Of a stretch of DNA of 64,000 bases, positions 25,700 to 39,590 are shown piece by piece. The position numbers and the translations under genes are program-made. Under the pieces are notes generated by a model, which saw only the letters and a program-made list of their open reading frames with translations, searched no databases and had not been told where the DNA came from. The first letter of the stretch is position 1. Every line of letters begins with the position of its first letter. This DNA is from Octopus bimaculoides (Eukaryota): the NCBI RefSeq assembly GCF_001194135.2, contig NC_068987.1:53329963-53393962 (forward strand). Direction: 5' to 3'.

Positions 25700-26720
25700 C
25701 ACAGAATCTCTAGTTGCAGTTTCCTTTTACACATACATTTACATCCAATTTTCCTGCCTTGTATGTAAACAAACATAGTAAAACATATGAAAGTAGAAAA
25801 ATATATTGTATTGATCTGTATCTTAAACGAAACATATAATCAATTGAGATGGAATGTTCTACATAGAAAATTTGATTTTGAAATATATTGCTTGATTTAA
25901 CAGTAAACACAGACCGTTGCTGTTCGATGTCTGGGAAATAATATGACCTTGAATTAACAACAAAATCAATGTACAAACAAGGAAACATGTTCGTGATCAA
26001 TCGATTATCTTGGAATAGGTACCACATCTTTGTCTCAACACTTGTATACTTTTTGAATGCACCTAGACGTTATAATTGGATAAAGACAAGCTATTTATGT
26101 TTACCGTGCTTTTGATTATAGTCCTACTTGATCAGGGTTCATTTACTTGGAAATCCAGCAACATTGGCGTAATTAGTGACAAAATAATATTAGGAGAGTA
26201 TAGAGTCATCTGTTACACTCGAATATAATCAACAATAATATATCAAGTGGAGGATGATAGAGAGGCCGAGATCTTACATTAACGGGAGCGGACACTGCAA
26301 TTTTTGCATAGCTGAGCGAGCTAGGATCTTCAAAGACTCCCTGAAACCAAGATTACTGAACTCTCACCAGGATATTTACTAACCCTGCATCCATTTCAAA
26401 CGCTACCGGCTTCAGACATGGGAGTTCCCTTTCTTTGATTAAATCCAGCAAGGTCCTTACGATCTAAAAGCAGCCTAAGGGCGAATTTCCTTGTTACCCA
26501 TATTTAGGCCCAGATGAACTGGTTTAAAGGTGATACCTACCCTCTCCGACCCGAATAGATTATTCTTTGGTTATTTACTAACTGAATGTAACGGGTTACT
26601 GCCTCCCAAAGTTGAAAAATTATATTTGTCTTCGGCTTAAGCGTCTGACGAGCTGTTTATAAGGCTAAGCCCTTTATGGATGCGAAACCACCATTTGTCA
26701 CTCTATGATCGGACATAGAC
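25700..26720 (+). mobile_element. Penelope-like element 3' part (RT C-terminus, GIY-YIG C-terminus, 3' region)
   Basis: LLDLTVNTD; IKWRMIERPRSYINGSGHCNFCIAERARIFKDSLKPRLLNS (about 26240-26360); hammerhead motif downstream. Confidence 0.75.
26638..26705 (+). ncRNA. Type I hammerhead ribozyme motif, probably slightly degenerate
   Basis: CTGACGA (26645-26651), stem II, GAAA (26684-26687), short stem III, GTC cleavage triplet (26697-26699); stem I AGCGT/ACTCT with one mismatch. Penelope-like elements are known to carry hammerheads. Confidence 0.65.
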
Positions 26721-27116
26721 TTAACTGCATATATATATATACATATATNNNNNNNNNNNNNNNNNNNNNNNNNNNNNNNNNNNNNNNNNNNNNNNNNNNN
26801 NNNNNNNNNNNNNNNNNNNNNNNNNNNNNNNNNNNNNNNNNNNNNNNNNNNNNNNNNNNNNNNNNNNNNNNNNNNNNNNNNNNNNNNNNNNNNNNNNNNN
26901 NNNNNNNNNNNNNNNNNNNNNNNNNNNNNNNNNNNNNNNNNNNNNNNNNNNNNNNNNNNNAGCAACTGTTGCTGATCATTTAATTATGTTTATAAATTTA
27001 TAAGAACCTTTAAATAAGTTCTTCACTGATAATGGTGTTTACATACCGAAGTGCTTGGTAAAAATTATTAATTATTAATTTATTAATAAATTAATATTCC
27101 TTTACCCTTTTATTTG

Positions 27117-27156
<40 letters not shown>

Positions 27157-27232
27157 GGGCATATTCTGAAAGACATTTCAAATTGTCAGAACATTTCCAC
27201 CAAAAATGCCTTTATCGCATTTTCAATAGTAA

Positions 27233-27870
27233 ATGAAGTTCTTTTACTGCAAACACATATGTCCTTGCGTCTGCAGGCATCACCTCAGTCAAAGTAATTA
27301 TTTTGAAAAACAGATGAGATGGTGTGACCATATTGTTCGAATGGCTGATGAACGCAAAGCCAAACAGCTGTTTAATGATGAGCTAGCAGAGGGTAAAAGC
27401 TATCGGTGTAAACCCAAAAAAAGAGTGTAGTGAAAGCGTTTGATAAGGCCAGGATAAGGCATGCAAGATTCAAGAGGGATTTAAAGAAGAATGTTACGAT
27501 CGAGAATCCCAATGACCTTTTTGTGTGTACTGTTTGTGACAGACCTAGCCCTTCTTTTGCTGGGATCCAGTCTCATGTGCGAACCCATGGAAAACGAACC
27601 TGCATCAATTATTCCGCCTAAATATGTGTGCACATCTTTCAATGCAATGTATGCTAGAAGGTCTGCAAAATTAACAGAGGCCTCAAAAGACAGTTTAAAA
27701 TTCTCAACGATCGGGACATAACTGCAGCTCTTGGTGATCAAAAATCGGATATGCAATCTATGTGATTGTCTTTTCAAAACATTGTCTGATTTTAAAAAGC
27801 CACAACAGGTCCCATGAGTGTTCTAAAATGTAGGTACCGGAGGTGGTGAAGTAGACAACCGGCATATAAA
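27233..27870 (+). mobile_element. RTE-clade LINE 3' fragment with three C2H2 zinc fingers
   Basis: QMRWCDHIVRMADERKAKQLFNDELAEGK..KPKKR (RTE thumb); FVCTVCDRPSPSFAGIQSHVRTH; CNVC*KVCKINRGLKRQFKIL; CNLCDCLFKTLSDF/KSHNRSH. Confidence 0.88.
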
Positions 27871-27901
27871 CATATATAAATATATATGTATACGTGTATA
27901 C

Positions 27902-27952
<51 letters not shown>

Positions 27953-30170
27953 NNNNNNNNNNNNNNNNNNNNNNNNNNNNNNNNNNNNNNNNNNNNNNNN
28001 NNNNNNNNNNNNNNNNNNNNNNNNNNNNNNNNNNNNNNNNNNNNNNNNNNNNNNNNNNNNNNNNNNNNNNNNNNNNNNNNNNNNNNNNNNNNNNNNNNNN
28101 NNNNNNNNNNNNNNNNNNNNNNNNNNNNNNNNNNNNNNNNNNNNNNNNNNNNNNNNNNNNNNNNNNNNNNNNNNNNNNNNNNNNNNNNNNNNNNNNNNNN
28201 NNNNNNNNNNNNNNNNNNNNNNNNNNNNNNNNNNNNNNNNNNNNNNNNNNNNNNNNNNNNNNNNNNNNNNNNNNNNNNNNNNNNNNNNNNNNNNNNNNNN
28301 NNNNNNNNNNNNNNNNNNNNNNNNNNNNNNNNNNNNNNNNNNNNNNNCTGCCAGACGTGAAGTGTGTATGTATTGAACGCTGTGAAGCACCTACAGGAGG
28401 GGCAAAGAAGTACGTGCGAGCTTGGTGATTCCAAGAACGGAAAGAAATAGCAGCCGGACACACGTGACCAAGGCTGTGTGAAGAGAAAGAGTAGCAGAGG
28501 GAAAAGAAGGGGAGGAAGTAGAATAAAAGTGAGCAACGAGAGGTAGAGAGAGAGAGAGAGCTAGTAGTAGTAACGGTGAGAGGCGAAGGACGAGTAACAA
28601 GAGAGAGAGAGAGAGAGGGATAGTAGTGACAGGTATAGGCGAAGAACAGTAGAGGGAAGAATGAGAGGGGGAGATAGAAATAGAGATTGAGAGAGTCGCG
28701 TTAGAAAAATAGTTAAAACTTACTGTATAAAGGTTAACGCGTGCGTTCTGTCGTGATACAGACAATATATGAGTATTTGCATATATATGTACATGTATGT
28801 ACATACCTTCATCCACATGTACACATAGATACATAACTGGGTACATGACGTGGCAAAAGAACATGGACAAAATGATAAACAAGGTACAACATACACGCAA
28901 ACCACATAGAAACATCTCCTTCATTAGCTGCCACCATTAAAACTCCAGCGTTTCGAAGAATTAAGGCAGTACGCATCGTTGAAATGGTTCTTCCCACGAA
29001 CACAAATTAAATCATATATAAAAGAAATAAAAACGACTTTTTTTTAATTCTCAAGTATTTAAAAAGAGTTTACTTTATTTAACAGAATATCACTAGTCTT
29101 TTTGAAAGAATTTCGTATATAGAATGCATATTATGTCTAGTGTGTCTTGTGTGTGTAAGTAGTTTCGTTTTTGAGGTTTTCAAACAGACGTGGTCCGGGT
29201 TATTGAATAGAGAAGTTGCTTTCTCTTGTGTAACACTGTTTTCTCCAGTGTAGATTCGGATTTAATATTTGAATGCAATGATTGTTTTATTTTTCTTAGT
29301 TGATCATTTTCAGCTTATAATTTGTAACGGGGGAATATTCTAAATATTTGATTAATGTAAATGTTGACTAATTCCACTTTAAATTCGGATTTAGAATTAT
29401 TTACCAAATGGATTTTTTTCTTTTTTCTTTTGTTTTTCTTCTTTTCCTTTCGTAATTGATGGTTTTCATCCTTTATTCTGTACAAGGGGAATATTTAAAT
29501 TTTCCTATTTTCACAAATGTCTTCTCTAGATGTTTACTACATGGAACATATCTCAGAGATGAATCTTTAATTTGTTCTTTATGTAAATTCTTAATAATTA
29601 AGTAAGACATTTCCCAACGATCATTATTTCAAGGACAAAAATACATGTTTTTCTCATAACAGTTACTTGTGAAAACACCTCTATGGGATACATTCCTCAT
29701 ATCATGGCATTACATTGTAGTCATCTCGGAATAATTTGGAATATAATAATGACAATAACCAATAAAGACTAAGAACTTCAAACCAATAAGCAGAAATTGC
29801 TCTACTGGGTGATGGACCTCAGATGGTAATCCTCAGTTCAATTTATCAAAAAACGTTTGACCACTCGATGAAATTCATAGACCCATGTTATAAGAAATAA
29901 CATCACTAATATTACACAAAATTTCGCATGACGAAAACATGTACATAATCCATTCGCCGAGTATGATCACAATATCGCTTGTGATAATAGCCCGCGAGAC
30001 ACGAGCTATTAAAAGGTTACACTCTGCGTAAAGTTTAGGAACACAAACACGAAAATTCTAAATTTTATTTCACAATTTCCTATAGAGCTTCGGAACTGGG
30101 CAGCAAGCAATCATAATACACATTATACTATAACAGCAATAAGTGAATGCAAACATTGCGAGTCACACAA

Positions 30171-30210
<40 letters not shown>

Positions 30211-33200
30211 ACANNNNNNNNNNNNNNNNNNNNNNNNNNNNNNNNNNNNNNNNNNNNNNNNNNNNNNNNNNNNNNNNNNNNNNNNNNNNNNNNNNNNNNN
30301 NNNNNNNNNNNNNNNNNNNNNNNNNNNNNNNNNNNNNNNNNNNNNNNNNNNNNNNNNNNNNNNNNNNNNNNNNNNNNNNNNNNNNNNNNNNNNNNNNNNN
30401 NNNNNNNNNNNNNNNNNNNNNNNNNNNNNNNNNNNNNNNNNNNNNNNNNNNNNNNNNNNNNNNNNNNNNNNNNNNNNATACATACATGCATACATACATA
30501 CATACATACATACATACATGCACACACTAGTATAATTTCAAGAATGAAACAGATTCATAATAAGATAGATAATTCACTATGTTGACCAAATTCTTTAGAT
30601 GTATGAGTGCATATATGTGTATACATATGTCTGTGTGTGCGTAGGAATGTTTGTATGTGCGTATGTGTGTATACATATATATATATATATATATATATGG
30701 GTACGTATATATCATTTATACTTATGTGTGTGTGTGTGTGTGAGTGTGCATTAACGTAAATAAATACATTCATAAACTCATATTGTATCTTTAAATTAAT
30801 TTTCGTTCAATCATACTTGTAACTGAAAGGTATACAGGAAAGTTTTATGTGATTTTCACGGAATGTATAATTAGCAAGTGTTTAGCCAAAAACCTATTTC
30901 CATAAGTCATCAATTACCTTCACCCTACTCAGTATTTAGATGCCTTTAACCATTAAATGAGAAATCGAAGCCAATATTATTCCTGCTCCAAGAAAACTGC
31001 TAACTTTCAGTTTGTACCTGGTGGTTAATTTTCTTAGATCAATCAGATAAATGTTATAAGGACAAATTCTATGTGCATAAAAATAAATGGAAACATTAGA
31101 AAATGGAGAACATAATACACTACACCTGAAAATAAATACGAAAATACCCTTATTTTAACCAGCTGCCATATACATACTGCATTCTGATATGACGCTCGTT
31201 AATTAAACAACAGTTGCACGTCTAACTCCATGAATGGATGGCTGCGAGAATCTCACCCTGTTAATAGATATATAGGAAGGATATCTTTCACAAAAATTTA
31301 TATGTAGCAAACTTAAAACAAGAAAGAAATCAACGCAATATGTAGCAATACGTAATATTGTCTACAAAGAAAGTAGTGAATGTTCAGCAATGTATCATGA
31401 AAAATCGCCGAAGATCAATGCTAAAAGCTAAAAGCTTCCATGAATACAACAAATAAATCTTCTAAGAAATACACGTTTAGTGTAGTAGAGAATGTCTCAA
31501 GTACGGATTAATATCATACTAATTGAATACGTAATATCATCGGGCTCTCCAATATCTTTTAATGTGAAATTATCTAAGATCCAATGCAAAATTCTTTACT
31601 TTTCTTTAACATCTTCAAATAGCTCAGTTTTTTTTCTAGCTTCAATACTCGATGGTAAAATATTTTATCTATATTTTGCGTTTGTTACATCGTAAAACAA
31701 AATATTTTCAACTGAAGCTTCATCAAAATCTCACTTGTCAATGTGTAGTGGTAAGTATGATAATTTATAAAAATTTAGTTGAAATATAATTATTTGTATT
31801 AATAGAATAGCCAGTGAAACTAGATTATAGAATTTCGTATCCTGCTATCATTTCTGGAATGATTTCGCAGCTTGAAACGGTTATATTGTGTGAGTAAAGC
31901 GTTTCAATAAAGCCGTTAGTAAAGATCAACATCTTTATTTACTTACATTGCATATTGATGTGAACAATCGGTTAATATCAGTATTTGTAACTCATTCACT
32001 GTAAACATATTGACAAACTTTATAGAACATCCGTATTCAGATTAGTATTCTTTTACTTCCATATTGCAGATAAATTCATACGAATATCATCTTCTGTATA
32101 AAAATATACATAACATGATAAAAGATATATGTGAGATACTAAAGTGAATCTTACTGTCACGAGCATTCAGCTTGAATGTCAGTCGGAGGCCAGTAAATCA
32201 TAATATATATATATATATATATACAGAAAAGCCTATTTCCAGCTCATTTTGACGGATGTACATTGACGAAGGCACACTGAAAAGCACAGTGCTCTAAGGG
32301 GATATTAGAATGTGAAATTCAAGTGAATTGCAACAATATTATGAGAAGTACTCTTCAAAATTAACAACAACAACAATAAAATCATTAGACAACTTATGAA
32401 TGAGAGCAACACCGGTAGGAATAGAAAATTTTCCGTGTCATATGAGGATCAGCATAATCTTGTTTCTATTATATAAACATGTGCATACATTGAGAACTTT
32501 CACAAATAGATGGACAGTCTGATGATTTCATTTTCTCTTCTGTGAATAGAAACGTGTATGCTCAAAGAATAATGAAAGCAAGTGTCAGAATGTCTTGAGA
32601 GAAAATACGTCCGGGAAATCAATCAATATTTATTAATATTTATTTCTTGCAAAGATGAAGTTGTATTTTATAACAATGTTATTCCGTGTGCTTTATGAAG
32701 ACTCTCTATTGACTGCAGAAGCCGGTCTAGGATGTTTTTAAATAATCGTATAAACTTTGCTTTAATCAAAGTGAAAAGAATTTACATACAAAGACAAGCT
32801 AAGTACCTTTATATTGCATAGAAAACTTTTATGAGAACTATTATTGAAATTCTCGCAAACGATACTAATAATAAATGTAATAATACTTCGTAATAAATCT
32901 TACTCTAGTCTGCACTAATATATCTATATACATATAAGTTGAAGAACTGCTACTTAACCTAAACAATTACGAGTTGATTTCATGGAGTGGAAAGAAATCT
33001 TGTTTCACTAAACCAAGTTTCGGTGTTTGCTACTCAAAAGTTATATCTAAAAGTACATTAAATATCGGATAATACGTAATATAATACTCAAACGAAAACA
33101 CACTTCCATGATTAGTAGGAGATTTGAGATACTTACTAGTAGAAGATTTGGTGGCATTCAATACTTTTTTTAAAATATTGAGTATGGTTAATTGAAATTA

Positions 33201-33539
33201 TTCCATATTGCACTAAACCTTCTTACACTTAACGGTTGTTCACATATATGCCTCATACAATTGTGCACATTTACCAGCTTCAATAAAAAAAGAAAACAGC
33301 AACAAGGCCGCTGCACAGCTAATGAGAAGATTAGGCGATTCTGTTGAAACTTGTCTCCAAACTTTATAGAATTCGAGTAAATGTTCATGACATTACTGCA
33401 AATAAACGTATTTATATGCACTTTATTATGCTCCCAAGTAAAACCTGCATATACATAACATTACACACACGCACACACATTGACTCTCACACACACCAAC
33501 GTGCACACGCACACGTACACACACACACACACATACACA

Positions 33540-33577
<38 letters not shown>

Positions 33578-34779
33578 CACACACATATATATATNNNNNN
33601 NNNNNNNNNNNNNNNNNNNNNNNNNNNNNNNNNNNNNNNNNNNNNNNNNNNNNNNNNNNNNNNNNNNNNNNNNNNNNNNNNNNNNNNNNNNNNNNNNNNN
33701 NNNNNNNNNNNNNNNNNNNNNNNNNNNNNNNNNNNAAACACATATATGCATATATACTAAAACTCACATACATATATGATCACCCTATTTCAGATATGAC
33801 ATAACACGTGCTAAACTATTGATTGTTTATGTTTTCTCAGTGATTGCATGACGAATGGCATTTTGGATTATAAACTTTTTAGATATACTACGTATCTATA
33901 TTATAATGGAGAGAGCTGCTCATTAATTAGGTATGTAACAGTTACTAAAAGAAAGCAATTATTAAAGGCTTGACCGTCTGGAATTTTTTTTAAAATTCAT
34001 GTTCCAAGAAATTTCCTATAATTTCGATTTCTGAACTTTATTGCATAAATGTATAAAAATATAATTAAACATATATGGGTAAAAAAACTATAGTGATGTA
34101 TAAAAAATATACATCTTCAGTGGTATACATTGAAGACATCGTCCTACTGATAGATTAAGAGCGTTGTTAAAAAGATATTAATAAACTTTTTAAAAATAGA
34201 AGTGTAAATCCTCGCGGAAAGGTGAATAAGCAAATGTTTAAGCATCCAGATGGAAGATAAAGTTTCCGATGATGAAATGGTAGTACTCCAATTTCAAGAA
34301 CTAAGTGCTGATACTTCGACAGTTGTTTCAAAGGTACAGTAATCCATACAAATAAAGGACATTATATCCAAATTTTAGACACTGCCTCATTTATCATGGA
34401 AAATGTATGAGTTAAGGATCCACATCTCATATACTGTCTTAATGAGTAAATGGGTGTTTGATTTTCTAAAGAGCTATATGTGTTAGCAGGAATAGGGAAT
34501 ACTATAGCATGGATTGTGGAAGTAAATTTAGAAAATTTAGTAGATTATAAGCACGTAACTACTCGCTACGGGGAAAGTGAGGTGTGCGACTATAAATATT
34601 AGGTGAATTCTAGATAATTTATATAGTTTGATGATCAATTTATCTAGATTGATCAAAATGCTTAAATGTTGAATGATATCTATGTTTACAAAAGTACATA
34701 GCATCGGAGAACTTATTCAATAATGTAGAGTTATATCAAGACAAAATGTTTATAGTTTTTTTTTAATACGTAGTTTACA

Positions 34780-35740
34780 TACACGCGTAATTATATTATA
34801 CGAGGGGGCTTCTGCTATTATAGACCAAGATAATGAATACTGTATATTCTTTAGCTTAAGTTCGTGTATATATGTGGTTAGCATTGTTGTGAATTTATAT
34901 TTTATGTTGTAAAAGAATTCAAATGAGCCCTATAGTGACGCTTAAAATCAATAGTACTTCCTATGTAAACCATTACTCTATATGTGACAGGTGTCTCTAC
35001 ACAGTACTTATAAATTACATTTCTGTGTAGACAAAATGAAGCAAGTGTGCAGGAGTCCGGAATGCGCCAATTAAATGTTTTTCTTCTTGTTTTAAGCATA
35101 AATCTTCCGTTTAACTGTGGTCAGAACAACCTCAACTGTTAGTGGGTAGCCTGGCATATCATTTCTATTGGTATGGGTTAGGGTTAGGGTTCAATACAAG
35201 GATTTGAATGGGTAAACTTCTTAAGTCTAAGTTTGGATTTATTAATGGAGCCTATAATCGATCTTAAAGTTGGTGTAGTGGAATACAAGAGTTTCACAGA
35301 TGACTTGTTGAAGATAGGTTAGTATCTATGATGTTTTCGGAAATTTTCTGTCAAAATGTTAGAGAATAGTAATATTCTAACATGAAGAGAGAAGGGCGGA
35401 GCGAATCATATAATTTCCCCTTTCCTAGATTTTGAATATTTAGTTTCATTAAGTTGGTCGGAGTTATAAGATTTATACTTAAGGTAATTACTAAATACAT
35501 CATTATTTATTCGGGCGTTATCCATAAATTATATATTTTTTTAAATATATTTAATTGGTTTATTTAAAGAGGCCATAGTATTAGATGTGACTTAGTTCTC
35601 GTCAAGAGATTGCCAATTCTAATTTTGAGATTTTGCATGGTATATATATGCCGCTATAGAATTTAGCGTCACGGAGGCAAAGAATGCTTTGTTCCACGTT
35701 TTTCTTTTTAACAAAAATTCTTCCTCGGTTTAAAACTCCG
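34780..35740 (-). mobile_element. Penelope-like element remnant
   Basis: EII*FAPPFSLHV; PIFNKSSVKLLYSTTPTLRSIIGSINKSKL; CTLASFCLHRNVIY..VYIGSTIDFKRHY; LSWSIIAEAPSYNN. Confidence 0.85.
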
Positions 35741-35800
35741 TCAATTATCAAAATCTTTGAGTCCCCCGTTTATACTTATTTCCAATTAAGACATGTTCAT

Positions 35801-35806
35801 ATAGAT

Positions 35807-35855
<49 letters not shown>

Positions 35856-35912
35856 CATACATACATACATACATACATACAAACATACATACATACTTAT
35901 ATACATACATAC
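35801..35912. repeat. Compound (GATA)n(CATA)n microsatellite
   Basis: Read directly. Confidence 0.95.
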
Positions 35913-36469
35913 ATACATATATAGAATTATTGATAGATATGTATGTGTATGTGGGAGATGAATACGCCATATATCTAAAGATATAAGCAACTCAGCAAAA
36001 GTACTTATTTCAGACCGCATATTCCCGTATTCTCATATTCCCATTAACTAATGTTTAAAACAAAATCGATGTTGATTTTCAAAATAAAAGTAATAATGCT
36101 AAAAAGAAAAAAAATCGTATGGCTCATGGTGACTATTACTAAAATATTCGCCATGGTTTTCAATTATTTTGTATTCTGATTGTAAGAGACGTTCGTATTT
36201 GTTGTAAATGGTGTTAAAGCATTGTGGAAAATGGTTCAATTATTTTTGAAAATTATTTATTTCGATTCTTATATATCACAGAGGATCTGCTATGCTGTCA
36301 CATGATTTGTTAGATATTGCATCCATTAGATTTGCATACATACATACATAAAAATGCTTTCAGTTCGAGCATATAAAATATGATGAAACGTTGGGTGGCA
36401 AAATGCTCACTTGTTTTCAAATTTTATAATGAAAATAGATTCTTCTTTGTATTAGTATTATTGTTTTAC

Positions 36470-38845
36470 TTCTCAGAGCACTCAGTCTTGTTTGCTCTCG
36501 TTGATTCTTTGAGAGTGGACAATAGCCTGTTGTCAAAGGTCTTAGAGGGTTTTTGTCTGCACAATATATGCTTTGAGACTCGATTGCTAATTATCGTGGA
36601 AGACATTCAACAACCGAGTACTAATCTCAAAATCCTAGCTGTCCACAGCAGAGCAGTTGTTTTGCGCTTGCTCTGCTCTCATGTCAATTCAGATTTCTCT
36701 GACATATTTCTCGAACTTGGTTGTTAGTGCTCCGATTGCCTCTACAACTACTGAGATGACAGACACTCTCCCCATAGTCCTCATTCTTGAAATTCTGTCT
36801 TTTTTGTAGTCCGTACTTTTCAATCTTTTCTAGTTCTTTGCATGCATATCCAGGTATTGCAATATCTATAATCTAGGTTTCGTTTTTCCTTTATCTACCA
36901 TATTATCTGGTCGTCGAGCATCGATTAGGGAGTCACACTAGATTGTAACATCCTACGATACCTTATGTTCTTTGCTCTCGGTGGCTCCTGATTCATGTTC
37001 GTACCATTTCCGTGCTCTGACCAGGCCGAACTTTTCACATAGCCTCCAGTGGACAAACATAGCAACGTTATCGTGCCTCTTTTTGTAGAGCTGTTGGGCC
37101 AGCTTTCTACACTTACTCACAATATTTGTTCCGTTTTTACTCCTAGGCATCCTACAAAGGGGCGATTCATTGCTCTTACAGTCGGGGGAAATAAATATTC
37201 GTACATGTTAAAATTCTTTCTTTATTTAATTTCTAATGAACATAAATGGGATATACCAATACTATATTTGCATACACATGCATAAACTAAGAATATCCAA
37301 AAGAAACTAATAAATTATAGTAACTTTTCATCGTCACAATTTCACTAGGTAGTGTAGTGTGTATTCTAACGGTGGTAAGCAAGAATTCACTCTGCTGTTT
37401 GATCTACCACTCAGAACGTTTTTTCTCGTTGACAACACTGATCTTGCATCCCATTAGGCCACTTCCTCCCCTGCTCTTAGACACATACAGTCTGTCAGCA
37501 TCGCTTTTGGGGTGTATTTCCATTTTAATTGTCATCACTTTTCTTGTTCACCTGTCCATTTCTTCAAACTCGTTATTTGTCCACCTTACACCACCTGCAC
37601 CAATACCGCATTAAGGAAACAGCGCCTGTGGTCATTACATTGATCTTTTTTTCTTTTTCTGTTGAGTCTATTTCCTATAATTAATTTGGTGGTTCTAACA
37701 TATTCTTACCATTCATTCTTTCATAAACCAAAATACTCAGATATTTATATCCATTAGTCTCAGTATCCTTGATTTTCTCGCCTTTGGGTAGCTCTACGCC
37801 ACCAGACGACACTATTTTTTTGTATTATAAGCATAACACACTTTTTAGCCCCAAATTTCATTGTAATATCCTTACTGAATATCGGCACTGTTTAGTGGAG
37901 GCGCAATGGCCCAGTGGTTAGGGCAGCGGACTCGCGCTCATAGGATCGCAGTTTCGATTCCCAGACCGGATATTGTGAGTGTTTATTGAGCGAAAACACC
38001 TAAAAGATCCACGATGCTCCGGCAGGGGATGGTGGCGAACCCTGCTGTATTCTTCCACCACAACTTTCTCTTACTTCCTGTTTCTGTTGTGCCTGTAATT
38101 TAAAGGGTCAGCCTTGTCACACTGTGTCACGCTGAATATCCCCGAGAACTACGTTAAGGGTACACATGTCTGTGGAGTGCTCAACCACTTGCACGTTAAT
38201 TTCACGAGCAGGCTGTTCCGTTGATCGGATCAAATGGAACCCTCGACGTCGTAAGCGACGGAGTTCCAACAATGGGCACTGTTGAAACCAGGCCATTTAT
38301 TTCACGTTTGGTCTTCCCAAATATCTTGAAATCATCCATATATAACATGATTTAATTTTCCTCCACTTTTCAAGGTGTACGCCGATGCTACTTTCCGTAA
38401 TATCTTTGTGGGGGTATCAAACAAATGACAAACAGTAATGGTGGCAGGCTATCTCCTTGAGATATGTCTCTCTTGATGTTAATCCACGCCAAAAACTTTC
38501 CACTTGAAGTTAATTCTGTATTCCAGTTCTTCATTGATCTTCGCATAAAATTCGATACGTTATCAGACACTTGCTACTGATCTAGTCTTTCTAAGATCCA
38601 GGAACAGAGGAACATGCCATATGCTTTCTTATAATCGATCTATGGCCTGCCCTGGTTAGTAAGTGTTGTTCTGCAGTGTTGTTCTGTATATCAGAATTTA
38701 GTCCCTCGGCTTTCCTTTTTTATCCTTTCTGGTCTACTAAGTGTCTCTTCTAATTTCTTAACTAGGTCTCGCTCTATTCTATTACGGTCTAATGCTAAGG
38801 CCTTACTGTACCTAACCGATTCTGCTTTAATTGCTTTCTTTAGGG
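36470..38845 (-). mobile_element. R4/Dong-like non-LTR retrotransposon, decayed, interrupted by a SINE
   Basis: INIKRDISQGDSLPPLLFVICL (RT); YKKRHDNVAMFVHWRLCEKFGL..KWYEH (CCHC/REL); TALLWTARILRLVLG (C-terminus). Confidence 0.88.
37893..38274 (+). mobile_element. tRNA-derived SINE, full length, nested in the R4-like element
   Basis: GGAGGCGCAATGGCCCAGTGGTTAGGGCAGCGGACTC..GTTTCGATTCCC head; 9-bp TSD GGCACTGTT at 37884-37892 and 38275-38283. Confidence 0.92.
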
Positions 38846-38846
38846 C

Positions 38847-38880
<34 letters not shown>

Positions 38881-39317
38881 TGAAAGAGAGATAGAGGCAG
38901 CAGACAGACAGACGGAGAAACCCAAAAGCTATAGTCCATAGTAGAAACAGAGAGAAAGATGGGTGTGTTTCGTTTCATTGAGTATCACGTGGTCTAACAG
39001 ATTTGTTGACACCCCATAATATTTTTTCAGTGGGTAAAGTTATATAACTATCGGTTGGTCTTTGTTTTATTCTTTGGATGAATGCAACCCAATTCATTCT
39101 CTAACGCCCCTTCCCTGGAATTTCAACAATATCAACAGGATACTTTTGTATGTATGTATATGTGCAGAATTGTATGCTTTGTCTTACGTATGTATGTTGA
39201 TGCATATGTATGTATCTTTTGCATATCTAGATACGCTCATATATACTTAAATGATAAACCTCTGGTACGTTTTACAGAATTTTACCCTTCCAATGCATGT
39301 ATGTATGTACGTACAGA

Positions 39318-39590
39318 TGGAGGAAGCAGGTTACGGAGGGGATTGTCACCTTTGAGAGAGCACGTATTCTGCATGAAGAACCTAAGCGTGTTGTTCGACA
39401 GCACACTGCTGGTGTAGTAAATGAGGAAAGCTTGGTTTGTAGTGTTTGCAGTCGTGTATGCTTGTCAAGAGCAGGGCTCATTAGCCACCAACTGAGACCC
39501 AAATGCGAAATATAAGTTAGTCCGAGAACGCACAATGTTTCTGGACGTCAGCAAGAGTCTTCCTCGGTCACGAGTGGACGGTCTTCAGGT
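39318..39590 (+). mobile_element. 5'-truncated RTE-BovB-like LINE 3' end inserted in (TATG)n
   Basis: RWRKQVTEG..FE..R..KR; single finger LVCSVCSRVCLSRAGLISH; flanked by GTATGTAT on both sides. Confidence 0.8.

Noticed and set aside
31428-31730. Minus-strand frame with FYDV..EA..KEK..W resembling a TIR domain
   Set aside because: Three internal stops in about 100 codons, no splice support, and similarity judged only by eye.
34200-34760. Possible plus-strand Penelope RT fragment forming an inverted pair with 34780-35740
   Set aside because: No RT motif could be read unambiguously.
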